DNA of 64,000 bases from Pristiophorus japonicus (taxonomy: Eukaryota). A program made the position numbers and the translations under genes. Below, piece after piece: positions 26,400 to 40,747 of this stretch. Numbering within the stretch: position 1 is the stretch's first letter; every line of letters starts with the position of its first letter. The notes beneath the pieces are model-generated. The model was not told the origin of the DNA. It made no database searches and was given only the letters and a program-made list of their open reading frames with translations. Location of the stretch: assembly GCF_044704955.1 (NCBI RefSeq), contig NC_091980.1, positions 268,832,001 to 268,896,000 of the forward strand, in the 5' to 3' direction.

Positions 26400-26713
26400 C
26401 TTTTTTTCCCTGAAAAAGTGCAACATCCCCACCGAGACCTGGGAATCCCTGGCCAAAGATCACCCTAAGTGGAGGAAGTGTATTCGGGAGGGCGCTGAGC
26501 ATCTCGAGTCTCATCGCCGAGAGCATGCAGAAATCAAGCGCAGGCAGCGAAAAGAGCATGCAGCAAACCTGTCCCACCCACCCTTTCCCTCAACGACTAT
26601 CTGTCCCACCTGTGACAGGGACTGTGACTCACGTATTGACTGTTCAGCCACCTAAGGATTCATTTTAAGAGTGGCAGCAAGTCTTCCTTGATTCTGAGGG
26701 ACTGTCTATGATA
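26400..26713 (+). mobile_element. RTE LINE 3' fragment
   Basis: homologous to 22500-22816; 10-bp TSD ATGGTACCCA at 26390-26399 and 26714-26723. Confidence 0.85.
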
Positions 26714-26804
26714 ATGGTACCCAAACTTCTCTATCTGGAGTTTTCCTCACCTCATGTCATTTCTGCGTCAGTTATAGACATATTAATAGAGATTGATTGC
26801 TATG

Positions 26805-26978
26805 TGTAATGTCTGTAAGTTTGTAATGTTGTAGCTCCACACTGTGGATGTGGAAGTATTGTGTTACTGCAACTAAAGGTGAGTAAATGAGTCAGCTGAC
26901 CAGAAGCTTCCGGAACTTCTGAGATGCTGTCTGCTATTACAGAAAGCTGTGTGTGCTGTGCTCTGTGAATATATCACA
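26805..26978. mobile_element. solo LTR (174 bp)
   Basis: TGTAAT...ATCACA termini with perfect 5-bp TSD CTATG. Confidence 0.7.
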
Positions 26979-27734
26979 CTATGATTAGCCAACAACTCTA
27001 TTATTGTATCATTTGACTACCAAGGTGGTCAAAGGCAAATTAGATGGACCTTGGTCTTTTTTTGTCTAGCAATTCCTATATTCCTACGTTTTGGATAGTC
27101 TTAGTGCATTAGAAACAGTTACAGTTGTTGAGGGGAAAATAAATGTTTGGCATTAAAAGAATGAGACAGCTTTAGTAGTGGAGGGGATTTAGGGATTAAA
27201 TTGAAATCGGGATGATAGTGAAGCTAAGAATATCAATAAATAAAATGAGCTAAAAGTGGAGCTGTAGCTTCTTCTGTTGCATTGCAAGAGGCTTGAAGAA
27301 AGTGTGTCAGTGTTTGTTTCAATGTCAGAGAGCTGAAAACATCATAAGCCATCCAGTTACAAGATACAGTTATTTTTTTCGAGTTGACAGCGGACTAAAT
27401 TAAAAATGTTGAATCTACTGTTCATTACTAAACTTTATAATATTTGGGTAGATAATACAAGCAATGCATTTCAAGAATACCATTTGACTAAGGCATCAGG
27501 CAAAAGCAATGCTGCAGTTATTAATATCAATAGTACTTCAAATTTTAGATTATAGCTTGGTGGAACTTACCTTCCATCAATCTTCTGCATTATATCTATA
27601 ACATATCAAAGTCTTGTATACAGCAAGCATTTGCTGTAAGCATCACAGTTTAGCATATCCTCTGACTCATCAAGAGCATCATCATCATAGATATGTTGCT
27701 GATATTGCATATAGTTAGCACTGTCACACACTTA

Positions 27735-28420
27735 GAATGGAATGGAATCATAGAATGGTTACAGCACAGAGGAGGCCATTCGGCCTGTCGAGCCCGTGCC
27801 GGCTCTTTGCAAGAGCACTTCAGCTAGTCCCACTCCCCCACCCTTTCCCCGTAGCCCTGCAAATATTTTTCCTTCAGGTACTTATCCAATTCCTTTTTGA
27901 AAACCCTGCCTCCATCACCCTTTCAGCCAGTGAATTCCAGATCCTAACCACTCGCTACCTGAAAAAGATTTTCCTCATTTTGAACATAGCATGAATATGT
28001 GACAACTAACATTTTAAATACCGTTATAAATCCCCAGCAGTATTAACAGTGCTACTCAATTGACAAGCACCAGGGCACTGCTTTTCAAAGTTAACAAGGT
28101 GCAGGGCTGAGGGTTATAAACAAGACCCTTTACATAGAATTTACAGCAAAGTAACAGGCCATTCATCCCAACCGGTCTATGCCAGTGTTTATGATCCACA
28201 TGAGCCTCCTCCCGCCCTACTTCATCTAACCCTATCAGCATATCCTTCTATTCCTTTCTCCCTCTTGTACTGATTTAGCTTCCCCTTAAAATGATCGAAG
28301 CTATTTGCCTCAACCACTCCATGTGGTAGCAATATTCTCACCACTCTGGGTAAAGAAGTTTCTCCTGAATTCCTTATTGGATTTATTATTGACTATCCAT
28401 AGTCCCTAGTTTTATACTTT
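27735..28420 (-). mobile_element. two short CR1 3' tail fragments (~27735-27980 and ~28130-28420)
   Basis: atagaat...aggccattc terminal motifs and accactct...aagaagtttctcct ORF2-end motif. Confidence 0.7.
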
Positions 28421-30538
28421 TCATATTCTATTCTTCTCTTAATAATTCTGGAGGGTTGACAAACTCCAGACACCTACAGCAAGAACCGACGGGGGTGGTG
28501 GTGCTGAGCATAAATGAGGAGAACATTAACGGGGACAAAGCACTGCAACAGTGCAGAACTAGTTTAAGGAAAGTACAGGTACAGCTTCGAAAATCCGGAA
28601 ACCTCGGGACTGAGGCTGTTCCAGATTCTGTGTATTTCCGGACTTCAGAACGTCTTCCTGACGCCCGAGTCTGGAAACACCTGGGCCAAGGTAGGTAGGT
28701 AGAAACATAGAAATTTACAGTGCAGAAGGAGGCCATTTCGGCCCATCGTGTCCGTGCCAGTTGACAAAGAGCCGCACGGCCCTTGGTCAGCAGCCCAAAA
28801 GATTACATAAGAATCTTTGAACAATGTCGGAAAGGCAACGAGCACCCAGCCCAACCAGTCCGCCTTACCACAACTGCGACACCCCTTATACTAAAACATT
28901 CTACACTCCACCCCAACCGGAGCCATGTGATCTCCTTGGAGAGGCAAAAACCAGATAAAAACCCAGGCTAATTTAGGGAGAAAAAATCTAGGAAAATTCC
29001 TCTCCGACCCATCCAGGTGATCGAAACTAGTCCAGGAGATCACCCTGGCCGTATTCTATTCCCTGCAGTACTTACCATTATATCTGCTCCGTCCAACAAA
29101 AGGTCATCCAGTCTAATCAGCTCTGAGTCTGTAACCCTGCAGGTTACTGCACTTTAAGTGCCCATCCAACCATCTCTTAAAAGTGGTGAGGGTTTCTGCA
29201 TCCACCATTCTTCCAGGCAGCGAGTTCTAGATCCCCACAACCCTCTGCATAAAGAAGCCCCTCCTTCAAATCCCCTCTAAACCTTCCATCAACCACCTTA
29301 AAACTATGCCCCCTCGTAATAGACCCCTCCACCAATGGGAATAGACCCTTTCTATCCACTATGTCCAGGTCCCTCAATATTTTGTACACCTCAATGAGGT
29401 CTCCTCTCAACCTCCTCTGTTCCAATGAGAACAAACCCAGCCTATCCAATCTGTCCTCATAGCTAAGATTCTCCATTCCAGGCAGCATCCTAGTAAATCT
29501 CCTCTGCACCCTCTCTAGGGCAATCACGTCCTTCCTATAATACGGCAACCTGAACTGCACGCAATACTCCAGCTGTGGCCTAACCAAAATATTATACAAT
29601 TTAAGCATAACCTCCCTGCTCTTATATTCTATGCCTCGGCCAGTAAAGGCAAACATTCCGTATGGCTTCTTAACCACCTTATCCACCTGGCCTGCTACTT
29701 TCAGGATCTGTGGATAAGTACTCCAAGATCCCTTTGTTCATTTACACTATTAAGTAGCCTACCGCTTAATGTGTATACGCTTTCCTTATTAGCCCTCCCA
29801 AAGTGCATCATCTCACACTTCTCTGAATTAAATTCCATTTGCCACTGTGCTGCCCACCTGACCAGTAGATTGATACCCTCCTGCAGCCCATGACTTTCCT
29901 CTTCATTATCAACCACACAGCCAATTTTAGTGTCATCTGCAAACTTCTTAATCATATTCCCTATATTCAAATCTAAATCATTGATATATACTACAAAAAA
30001 CAAGGGACCCAGTACTGAGCCCTATGGAACCCCACTGGAAACATCCTTCCAGTCACAAAAACATCCATCAATCATTACTCTTTGCTTCCTACCTCCAAGC
30101 CAATTTTGGATCCAACTTGACACTTTGCCCTGTATTGCACGGACTTTAGCCTTCATGACCAGTCTACCATGTGGGACCTTATCAAAAGCTTTGCTAGAGT
30201 CCATATATACTACATCGTACGCACTACCCTCATTGAGCCTCTTGATTACTTCCTCAAAAAATTCAATCAGGTTAGTCAGACACGATCTTCCCTTAACAAA
30301 TCTGTGCTGACTGTCCCTAATTAATCCTTGACTTTCCAAATGCAATTTATCCTGTCTTTCAGGATTTTTTCCAAAAATGTTCTTACCACTGAGGCTAGGC
30401 TGACAGCTCAGTAATTACTCGGCCTATCCCCTTCTCCCTTCTTAAACAAGGGTACTACATTAGCAGTCCTCCAATCCTCCGGCACCATGCCCAGATCCAA
30501 AGAGGACTGGAAAATGATGGTCATGGCCTCTGCTATTT

Positions 30539-33500
30539 CATAGAAACATAGAAAATAGGTGCAGGAGCAGGCCATTTGGCCCTTCGAGCCTGCACCGCCA
30601 TTCAATATGATCATGGCTGATTATACAACCTCAGTACCCCATCCCTGGCCTCTCTCCATACCCCCTGATCCCTTTAGCTGTAAGGGCCACATCTAACTCT
30701 CTTTTGAATACGTCGAACAAACTGGACTCCACAACTTTCTGTGACAGAGAATTCCACAGGTTCACAACTTTCTGGGTGAAAAAGTTTCTCCTTATCTCGG
30801 TCCTATATGGCTTACTCCTTATCGTTAGACTGTGTCCCCTGGTTCTGGACGTCCCCAACATCGGGAACATTCTTCCTGCATCTAACCTGTCCAGTCCCAT
30901 CAGAATTTTATACGTTTCTTTGAGATCCCCCCTCATTGTTTCAAATTCCAGTGAGTATAAGCCTAGACGATCCAGTCTTTCTTCATATGTCAGTCCTGCC
31001 ATCCCGGGAATCAGTCTAGTGAACCATCGCTGCACTCCCTCAATAGCAAGCACGTCCTTCTTCAGATTAGGAGACCAAAACTGCACACAATACTCAAGGT
31101 GGGGTCTCACCAAGGCCCTGTACAACTGCAGTAAGACCTCCCTGCTCCTGTACTCAAATCCCCTCGCTATGAAGGCCAGCATTCCATTTGCTTTCTTTAT
31201 TGCCTGCTGTACCTGCATGCCGACTAATATGTCCTTACTATACAGTATAAATGCACACGAGGCCCATACTTGAGAGAAGGTCACTCTGTGACCAGTAACC
31301 TTTATTAACCAGCACTGGAGTGATGAAGGTGGGTTGAGCTTCCCCTTTTATACCTGAAAGTCCAGGTTAGGAGTGTCTCCCACAAGTTCACCACCTAGTG
31401 GTCAATGTTCACACGGTGTACAACTTAGGTCAGTTTATACATAGGTTACAATGATAGTTGAATACATGACATCACCGCCCCCCCAAAGTCTTATTGGGAT
31501 CACAGATTAAGCCTCTCTGGTGGTTTACGCTCCCTTGTAGAGCACCTGAGTTGGGGCTCCAGTTGTTGGGCACTGGCCTGAGTGTCTGCTGTTTGCGGTG
31601 CCTCAGGCCTGTCTGGACTGCCCACAGTGACTGGGCTCTCCTCCGCTTGGTTCCGGTGGTCGGCCACCTGTGGAGGAGTGAACTCTACATCGTGTTCTTC
31701 CTCTGCTTCTTCTGTGGGGTTGCTGAACCTCCTTTTTGTTTGATCCACGTATTTGCGGCAGATTTGTCCATTGGTAAGTTTAACTACCAGAATCCTATTC
31801 CCCTCTTTGGCAATCACAGTGCCTGTGAGCTATTTAGGTCCTGCAGCATAGTTGTGGACAAAGACTGGGTCATTGACATCAATACATCGCGTCCTCGCAT
31901 TCCCGTCATAGTAGTCACATTGTGACTGGTGCCTGCTCTCAATAATTTCTTTCATGGTGGGGTGTATAAGGGATAACCTGGTTTTGAGCTTCCTTTTCAT
32001 TAGCAGCTCTGCGGGTGGGGCCCCTGTAAGGGAGTGTGGTCGGGATCTATTGGCCAACAGGAGGCGTGATAAGCGGCTTTGTAGGGAACCCCCTTGGATT
32101 CTGAGCATCCCCTGTTTGATTATCTGCACTGCTCGTTCCGCCTGGCCGTTTGAGGACGGCTTGAACAGTGCCATTCTGACATGGTTGATACCATTTCCTG
32201 CCATGAAGTCCTGGAATTCAATGCTTGTAAAGCACAGACCATTGTAGCTGACCAAGACGTCCGGTAGACCATTGGCGGCGAACATTGCCCGTAGACTTTC
32301 TACCGTGGCAGAGGATGTGCTTGAATTGAGAATGTCACACTCGATCCATTTGGAGTAGGCGTCTACTACAACCAAAAACATTTTTTCCATGAAAGGACCT
32401 ACGTAGTCCACATGGATGTGTGACCATGGCTTGGCGGGCCAGGACCAGGGGCTAACGGGGGATTCCCTGGGTGCATTGCCCAGCTGGGCACACGTGTTGC
32501 ACCTGCGAACACAAAGTTCCAGGTCTGCATCTATCCCTGGCCACCAAACGTCTGACCTGGCAATTGCCTTCATCATGACAATGCTCGGGTGCTCATTGTG
32601 GAGTTCTCTGATGAACATCTCTCTGCCAATCTGGGGCATGACTACTCAGTTTCCCCATAGTAGGCAATCGGCCTGAATCGAGAGTTCATCCTTGCGCCTG
32701 TGAAATGGTTCGAATGCCTCAGGGCATGCCCCGTACGTGGCTGCCCAGTCCCCATTCAGGACACATTTCTTGACTAAAGACAGTAGCGGGTCTCTATTTG
32801 TCCAGACTTTAATCTGACAGGCTGTCACAGGTGAGCCTTCACTTTCGAAAGCTTCAACAGCCATGACCATCTCAGCAGCATGCTCGGTTGCCCCCTCGGT
32901 GGTGGCTAGTGGGAGCTTGCTGAATGCATTAGCGCAGTTTTCAGTGCCCGGTCTGTGCCAAATTGTACAGTCATAGGTGGCTAACGTGAATGCCCATGTC
33001 AGTATGCGGGCCGATGCATTTGCAGTTGTGGCCTTGTTGTCGGCCAAAAGGGACATTAGGGGTTTGCGATCTGTCTCCAGCTCAAATTTCCTGCCAAACA
33101 GGTACTGGTGCAGTTTTTTTACATCATATACACATGCAAGCGCTTCCTTTTCTACCATCCCGTAGCCCCGTTCTGCCTGGGACAGACTTCTGGAGGCATA
33201 AGCTACCGACTGTAACTGACCCTTGGCATTAACATGCTGCAACACACACCCGACCCCATAGGACGACGCGTCGCACGTTAAAACAAGTTTCTTAATGGGT
33301 CATATAGCGTTAACAGATTGTTGGAGCATAACAAATTTCGTGCTCTATCAAAAGCCCTTTCCTGGCTTTCCCCCAGACCCATTCATGACCTTTGCGTAGG
33401 AGCACATGTAGCGGCTCTAACAGCGTGCTCAATTTGGGAAGAAAGTTACCAAAACAGTTCAGGAGCCCCAGGAATGAACGCAGCTCCGTCGTGTTACCGG

Positions 33501-36500
33501 GTCTGGGTGCTCTCTGGATCGCTTCTGTTTTGGACGCAGTAGCTCTGATCCCGTCTGCTGCTACCCTCATCCCCAGGTATTCTACCTCTGGAGCTAGGAA
33601 GACGCACTTCGCCTTTTTCAGTCGCAGACCTACCCGGTCTAGTCTGCGTAGCACCTCCTCCAGTTTGCGGAGGTGTTCTTCAGTATCACAACCCGTGATG
33701 AGGATGTCGTCTTGAAAAACCACTGTCCTTGGAATCGACTTGAGGAGGCTTTCCATATTTCATTGCAAGATCGCGGCGGCCGAGCGAATCCCAAACGGAC
33801 ATCTGTTGTACTCAAACAACCCCTTGTGTGTTGTGATGGTGGTCAGCTTCTTCGACTCACTCACCAGCTCCTGGGTTATGTAAGCTGAGGTCAGGTCCAA
33901 TTTTGAAAAAAGTTTGCCACCGGATAGCGTCGCAAAAAGATCCTCCGCTCTCGGTAGCGGGTACTGGTCTTGGAGTGACACCCGATTGATGGTGGCCTTG
34001 TAATCACCACATATCCTGACCGACCCATCCGCCTTGAGCACCGGTACAATTGGGCTCGCCCAATCACTGAATTCGACTGGCGAGATGATGCCTTCCCTCA
34101 GCAGTCGGTCCAATTCGCCTTCTATCTTTTCCCGCATCACGTACGGCACTGCTCTGGCCTTGTGGTGTACTGGCCTGGCGTCCGGGTTTATGTGAATCAC
34201 TACCTTGGTCCCCATGAAAGTGTCAATGCCGGATTGAAATAGTGAGTCAAATTTGTCCAGGACCTGTGAGCATGATATTTGCTCCACAGAAGAAATTGCA
34301 TTGACATCGCCCCATTTCCAGTTCATGACAGCCAGCCAACTCCTCCCCAGTAGTGCGGGATCGTCCCCCGGGACAAAACAGAGTGCCAACCTGTTCTCCG
34401 AATCTTTGTGGGTCACGACTACCGTGGCGCTGCCAAGCACCGGAATGATCTCCTTTGTATATATCTGTAGCTGTGCGTCAATTGGCAATAATTTTGGCCT
34501 CCTGGTCTTGGATGCCCACAACTTGTCGAACTGTTTGATACTCATCAGGGGCTGTGTCTAGCTCCATTGATACTGGGATGCCATTGAGGAGCACTTTCAT
34601 CATTATCGGTGACGTCCTGGTGTATGAACTGTATATGTGCTCCACGTGAACTCGCTGAACTTCAGCTTCCAGCGATTTCCCCCAGTGTCCATTTGGCCTC
34701 GTAGGGCTTACATTGGGCCCGTCCTCCTCGTACATCAACCTGGCTGCAGGCTTCCTGCACATACGCGCCAAGTGACCGTTGACGTTGCAGTTTCTGCAGG
34801 TATATTGCTGATACCTGCAAGCCCTGGCTGGGTGTTTGCCTCCACACCTCCAACATGAGCCGTTGTTGGAAACAAAAGGTCCATTACCAGTCGATCATCT
34901 CTGACTGTCTCTGTAACTGTCCTTAAGCGCACCATTGACAGGGGTTGATGGCCCCATTACTGGCCGCATTGTCCCTTGCGATGGCATGAATTGCCGGTCA
35001 GCTAGCCATTGTCTCTGTTGAATTCCCCCTTTGGGTTCGACTACATGCTCGGGCATGTCCGATTGCCCCTGTCTGCCTGGAGAACTGTGTGCCGTGTTAA
35101 CAATGTTGACTCCCTGTCCATTTGCTGCATTTAAACCAAGATTTTTGTCAAACATCATTCTGGTCTCTTTCTCCCGAGATAAATGTCTGGGCCATCAAAG
35201 CCGCCGTTTCCAGGGTCAAGTCTTTGGTCTCAATCAATTCCCTGAAAACCCCAGCGTGCCCGATGCCCTCAATAAAAAAGTCTCGCAGCATCTCCGCTCT
35301 GCATGCATCTGGGAAATTACATAGGCTCGCCATTCGCCGGAGGTTTGCCACAAAGTCTGGAACGCTTTTCCCTTCTCGCCGCCGGTACGAGTAAAACCCG
35401 TGTCTCACCATGTGCATGCTGTTCGCCGGTTTAAAGTATTCCCCGATCAACTTACTGAGCTCTTCAAATGTCTTGTCCACCGGCTTCTCTGGTGCTAGAA
35501 GGTCCTTCATCAGGGAGTACGTCCTGGATCCACAAATCATCAGGAGATGAGCCCTGCGTTTGTCGGCCGAATCCTGTCCCAGCCATTACTTAGTGACGAA
35601 ATTTTGCTGTAGTCTCTCAATAAAATCATCCCAATCATCACCAACACAGTACCTCTTGTCTGTGCTGCTAGTGGCCATGCTCGCGTGGTTTAAATCCCAG
35701 TTTCTCGTCGCCAATAATATGTCCTTACTATACAGTATAAATGCACACGAGGCCCATACTTGAGAGAAGGTCACTCTGTGACCAGTAACCTTTATTAACC
35801 AACACTGAAGTGATGGAGGTGGGTGGAGCTTCCCCTTTTATACCTGATAGTCCAGTTCAGGAGTGTCTCCCACAAGTTCACCACCTAGTGGTCAATGTTC
35901 TCATGGTGTACAACTTAGGTCAGTTTAGACATAGGTTACAATGACAGTTGAATACATGACACCTACCTTCAATGACTGATGTACCATGACACCCAAGACT
36001 CGTTGAATCTCTCCTTTTATTAATCTGTCACCATTCAGATAATAATCTGCCTTCCTGTTTTTGCCACCAAAGTGGATAACCTCACATTTATCCACATTAT
36101 CCTACATCTGCCATGCATTTTCCCATTCACCTAACCTGTCCAAGTCCCCCTGCAACTTCTTAGCATCGTCCTCGCAGCTCGCCCTGCCACCCAGCTTAGT
36201 GTCATCTGCAAACTTGGAGATATTACATTCAATTCCTTCGTCTAAATCATTAATGTATATTGTAAATAGCTGGGGTACCAGTACTGAACCCTGCGGCACC
36301 CCACTAGTCACTGTCTATCATTCTGAAAAGGGTCCGTTTATTCCCACTCTTTGCTTCCTGTCTGCCAACCAGTTCTCTATCCATGTCAATACATTACCCC
36401 TAATACCATGTGCTTTAATTTTGTACACTAATCTCTTGTGTGGGACCTTGTCAAAAGCCTTTTGAAAGTCCAAATACACCACATCCACTGGTTCTCCCTT

Positions 36501-38290
36501 ATCCACTCTACTAGTTACATCCTCAAAAAATTTGGAAGATTTGTCGAGCATGATTTCCCTTTCATAAATCCATGCTGACTTGGACCGATCCTGTCACTGC
36601 TTTCCAAATGCACTGCTATTACATCTTTAATAATTGATTCCTGCATTTTCCCCACCACCAATGTCAGGCTAACCGGTCTGTAATTCCCTGTTTTCTCTCT
36701 CCCTCCATTTTTAAAAAAGTGGGGTTACATTAGCTACCCTCCAATCCATAGGAACTGATCCTGAATCCATGGAATGTTGGAAAATGACTACCAATGCATC
36801 TACTATTTCTAGTGCCACTTCCTTAAGTACTCTGGGATGCAGACTATCAGGTCCTGGGGATTTATCGGCCTTCAGTCTCTTCAATTTCCCTAACACCATT
36901 TCCTGACTAATAAGCATTTCCCTCAGTTCGCCCTTCTCGCTTGACCCTCGGTCCTCTTGTATTTTCAGGAGGTTATTCGTGTCTTCCTTAGTGAAGACAG
37001 AACCAAAGTATTTATTCAATTGATCTGCCATTTCCTTGTTCCCCATTATGAATTTACCTGATTCTGACTGCAAGGGACCTACATTAGTCTTCACTAATCT
37101 TTTTCTCTTCACACATCTATGGAAGCTTTTGCAGTTAGTTTTTATGTTCCCTGCAAGCTTACTCTCATACTCTATTTTCCCCCTCCTAATTAAACCCTTC
37201 GTCCTCATCTGCTGAATTCTAAATTTCCCCCAGTCCTCAGGTTTGCTGTTTTTTCTGGCCAATTATATGCCTCTTCCTTGGATTTAACACTTTCCCTAAT
37301 TTCCCTTGTTAGCCACGGCTGTGCCACCTTCCTTTTTTATTTTTACGCCACACAAGGATGTACAATTGTTGTAGTTCATCCATGTGATCTTTAAATGTCT
37401 GCCATTGCCTATCCACCGTCAACCCTTTAAGTATCATTCACCAGTCTATCCTAGCCAATTCACGTCTCATACCGTCGAAGTTTCCTTTCTTTACGTTCAG
37501 GACCCTACTCTCTGAATTAACTGTGTCACTCTCCATCTTAATGAAGAATTCTACCATATTATGGTTACTCTTCCCCAAGGGGCCTCGCACGACCAGATTG
37601 CTAATTAATCCTCTCTCCTTACACAAGACCCAGTCTAGGATGACTTGCTCTCTAGTTGGTTCCTCGACATATTGGTCCAGAAAACCATCCCTTATACACT
37701 CCAGGAAATCCTCCTCCAAAGTATTGCTACCAGTTTGGTTAGCCCAATCAATATGTCGATTAAAGTTACCCATGATAACTGCTGTACCCTTATTGCACAT
37801 GTCCCTAATTTCCTGTTTGATGCCATCCCCAACATCCCTACCACTGTTTGGTGGTCTGTACACAACTCCCACTAACGTTTTCTGCCCTTTGGTGTTTCGC
37901 AGCTCTACCCATATAGATTCCACATCATCCACGCTAATGTCCTTCCTTATTATTGCGTTAATCTCCACTTTAACCAGTAACACTATCCCACCTCCTTTTC
38001 CTTCCTGTCTATCCTTCCTGAATATTGAATACCCCTGGATATTGAGTTCCCAGCCCTGGTTACCTTGGAGCCATGTCTCCGTAATCCCAATTATATCATA
38101 TCCGTTAACAGCTATCTGTGCAGTTAATTCATCCACCTTATTACGAATGCTCCTTGCATTGAGACTCCGAGCCTTTAGGCTTGTTTTTTTACTCTTTGTC
38201 CTCTTAGAATTCTGTTGTAATGTGGCCCTTTTTAATTTTTGCCCTTGTTTTCTTTGCCCTCCACTCTTGCGTTTCTCCTTCCTACCTCTT
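30539..38290 (-). mobile_element. inner CR1 LINE (subfamily B), itself split by LTR element 2
   Basis: tail catagaaacatagaaa at 30539; ORF2 fragments 37438-38304 (EN), 36711-37262, 36102-36551 and 30631-31224. Confidence 0.9.
31225..35961 (-). mobile_element. full-length Ty3/Gypsy LTR retrotransposon, Mag-like clade, second family
   Basis: 247-bp LTRs 31225-31471 and 35715-35961; TSD CCGAC/CCTAC; PBS TGGCGACGAG; gag with two zinc knuckles (CWRCGGKHPARAC, CRNCNVNGHLARMC), then protease, RT, RNase H, integrase. Confidence 0.95.
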
Positions 38291-39239
38291 TTACTGGGAT
38301 GCATTTCATCGGACCTGGGAACTTATCTACTTTCAAAGCTGCTAAACCCCTTAATACTTCCTCTCTCACTATATTTATTTCATCCAGAGTATCACATTCC
38401 TCCGCGATAGCAGTATCTGCATTGCCCCTTTCCTTTGTGAAAACAGATGCAAAGTATTCGTTAAGAACCCTCCCAACATTTTCTGCCTCCATACAAAGAT
38501 TACCCTCATAGTCTCTAATAGGCTCTACCCTTTCTTTAGTTACCCTCTTACTCTTAATACATTTATAGAACATCTTAGGATTTTCTTTAATTTTACTGAC
38601 CAAGAATTTCTCGTGCTCTCTCTTAGCATTCCTAATATCCTTTTTAATTTTGCCTCTTAACTTTCTATATTCCTCTAAAGATTCTAAAGTATTTAGCCGT
38701 TGATATATGACTTAAGGGTCCCTTTTTTTCTTAATCCTCCCCTGTAAGTCCCTAGACATCCAGGGGGCTCTAGAATTATTTTTCCCAGCCTTATTCTTTA
38801 AGGGCACATGTTTGGCCTGAACCTTCCAGATCTCCTCCTTAAATGCCTCCCATTGATCCAACATTGATTTACCCACAAGTAGCTGTTTCCAGTCCACCAT
38901 GGCCAAATCACTCCTTAACTTAGCAAAATTAGTTTTTCCCCAATTCAAAACTTTTATTCTAGGCCTATTCTTGTCCTTATCCATAACCAACTTGATTCTG
39001 ACTGAATTATGGTCACTGGCACCCAAGTGCTGTCCCACTAATACCCCTTCAACCTGCCCAGCTTCATTCCCCAAAACTAAATCCAAGACTGCCCCCTCTC
39101 GTGTTGGGCTTGCTACATACTGACTAAAAAAGTTCTCTTGAATGCATTTCAAGAATTCCGCACCCTCTATACCCTTCACACTAAATTTGTCCTGATCAAT
39201 ATTTGGATAGTTAAAGAGGGGCAGGTTTGGCAGATCAAT

Positions 39240-39700
39240 ATTCCTTGCTATTGCCCCCATATCTGGGAATGCATGGCCTCCACCCTTCTTTCCTAAGCCC
39301 CAACATCGATGGGCTTGTCTGAGTCCTCTTCAGAACTCGCATGTGACCTCGCCCCCTGGAGAGATGGCATCCGAGGTTGACTTGGCCCTTCAACATGCTG
39401 CAGCCCAATAGGCCCTGGTGCATCACCCAGTGCAGACTCCTCTGCTACATCTAACTGACCCGACCGCCTACTCCCAGTATCTGAGCTGGCGCGTGCAAGT
39501 GTAGGAAGCAGTGGCACGGTGCTGCCAGCAGTGTCCCCCTCTTCCTCTTCCTCATCGGACATGGTACCAACATATGTAATTGCCTCTAAGGTGTCATCGT
39601 GGCTTGCGCTCCCAATGGCCTCTAGGGATGTCCTCATGGCTATGGTTGCCAGTGCCCTCAAGGCTGTCATCATGGCTTTGCCTTCCCTAGCTAAATTGGT
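39240..39700 (-). mobile_element. possible Harbinger Myb-like ORF downstream fragment
   Basis: acidic/low-complexity reading (DEEEEEGD...LPTLARASSDT) resembling the segment near 59690 of the Harbinger remnant. Confidence 0.3.
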
Positions 39701-40364
39701 GGCTGGGCAGAAGCCGCAGTTTACCTGCAAATTCCACCCCCCCCCCCCCCCGCTTCCCTCACCCCCAAACAACCAATTTAACTGTTGGCATTCCAGCAGC
39801 ATTGGGGCCGCCCACCACAGTCAGGCAGGGGCCTAGTTAAAATGTGAAAGTCACGACATGATGATATCAATGGTGCTGTAACAGTTTATTAAAGAGCAAA
39901 CATTGGGTGGCCCGCACGGAATGGTCAGAAGAGGCCACGTTAAATATATATATATTCAAATTCCTGTTCCTCCTGGCCCCATACTAATTCTCAGGCCTCC
40001 CCAGACCTGGCCTTCCCTTTTACTCCCACCTCCGCCAACTCTTTGGAGCCCCACTTTGAACAGGAGACATTGCAAACAAATTTAAATAATTTAAATGATC
40101 TCCACAGATGTTGGCTGACCTGTTGAGATTTCCAGCATTTTCTGTTTTTATTTCAGATTCCAGCTTCCATAGTATTTTGCTTTATTAAATTTAAATAAGG
40201 CCTGGGAGTTAAAGTGGCCCGAGTCTCACGTCGAAAAATCTGTGGGTTACCTTACACCCTGTCCACTTCAGGTTAAAATTGGGGCTATATTGTTAATATT
40301 GCATATTCTGTTTCCTTCTCAATCTTGGGAACAGTTGTATTTTTCCTGCCTTTCAAGTCATATA

Positions 40365-40747
40365 TCATAGGCGGTCCCTTAAACGAGGATGATTTGCTTC
40401 CACATGGTTTCACAGATGTTTCAACGAAGGACCCGATATTCCAGTCCTGAACTCCAATTGAAGGGGTGGAAGATGCCTATGTGTAGATTTTTTTAATGTG
40501 TGGTGACCGTTGCACATCAGCCACCACATGGGCTTGACAGAGCTAGGCCTTTATCTAGTGGCAAGGGTTAACCAGGACGACTGGAGACCAGCTCTGCTGC
40601 ACGGACCTAGTGTGCACACATATCGCAGTGTGAGCTGGCCCGTGCTGCCCCTGGGCCCTCGGCTCTTCTGGGCCCCGTACCCTCATTTGCTGTACCTCTG
40701 CCACGATCTTTTGCCGCTCCTCCACCACAAAGCATTCGCCGCACCTC
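40365..40747 (-). mobile_element. non-autonomous RTE derivative, variant copy
   Basis: homologous to 2548-2880 and 16730-17061; tail gggaccgcctatga; different 5' part. Confidence 0.75.

Larger units (their letters stand above)
25600..27090 (+). mobile_element. ancient CR1 3' portion hosting an RTE fragment and a solo LTR
   Basis: IQKRTTRVLEGMEGLDY...LGILSLEKRRLRSDMIAVYKILKG; CR1-type 3' UTR end near 27050-27090. Confidence 0.75.
28700..39215 (-). mobile_element. outer CR1 LINE (subfamily A), pieces 28700-30540 and ~38295-39215
   Basis: ORF2 fragments 38712-39260, 38232-38603, 30022-30345, 29701-30003 and 29177-29686 are collinear (SDH, RT FADD, C-terminus) and interrupted by a second CR1. 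Confidence 0.88.
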
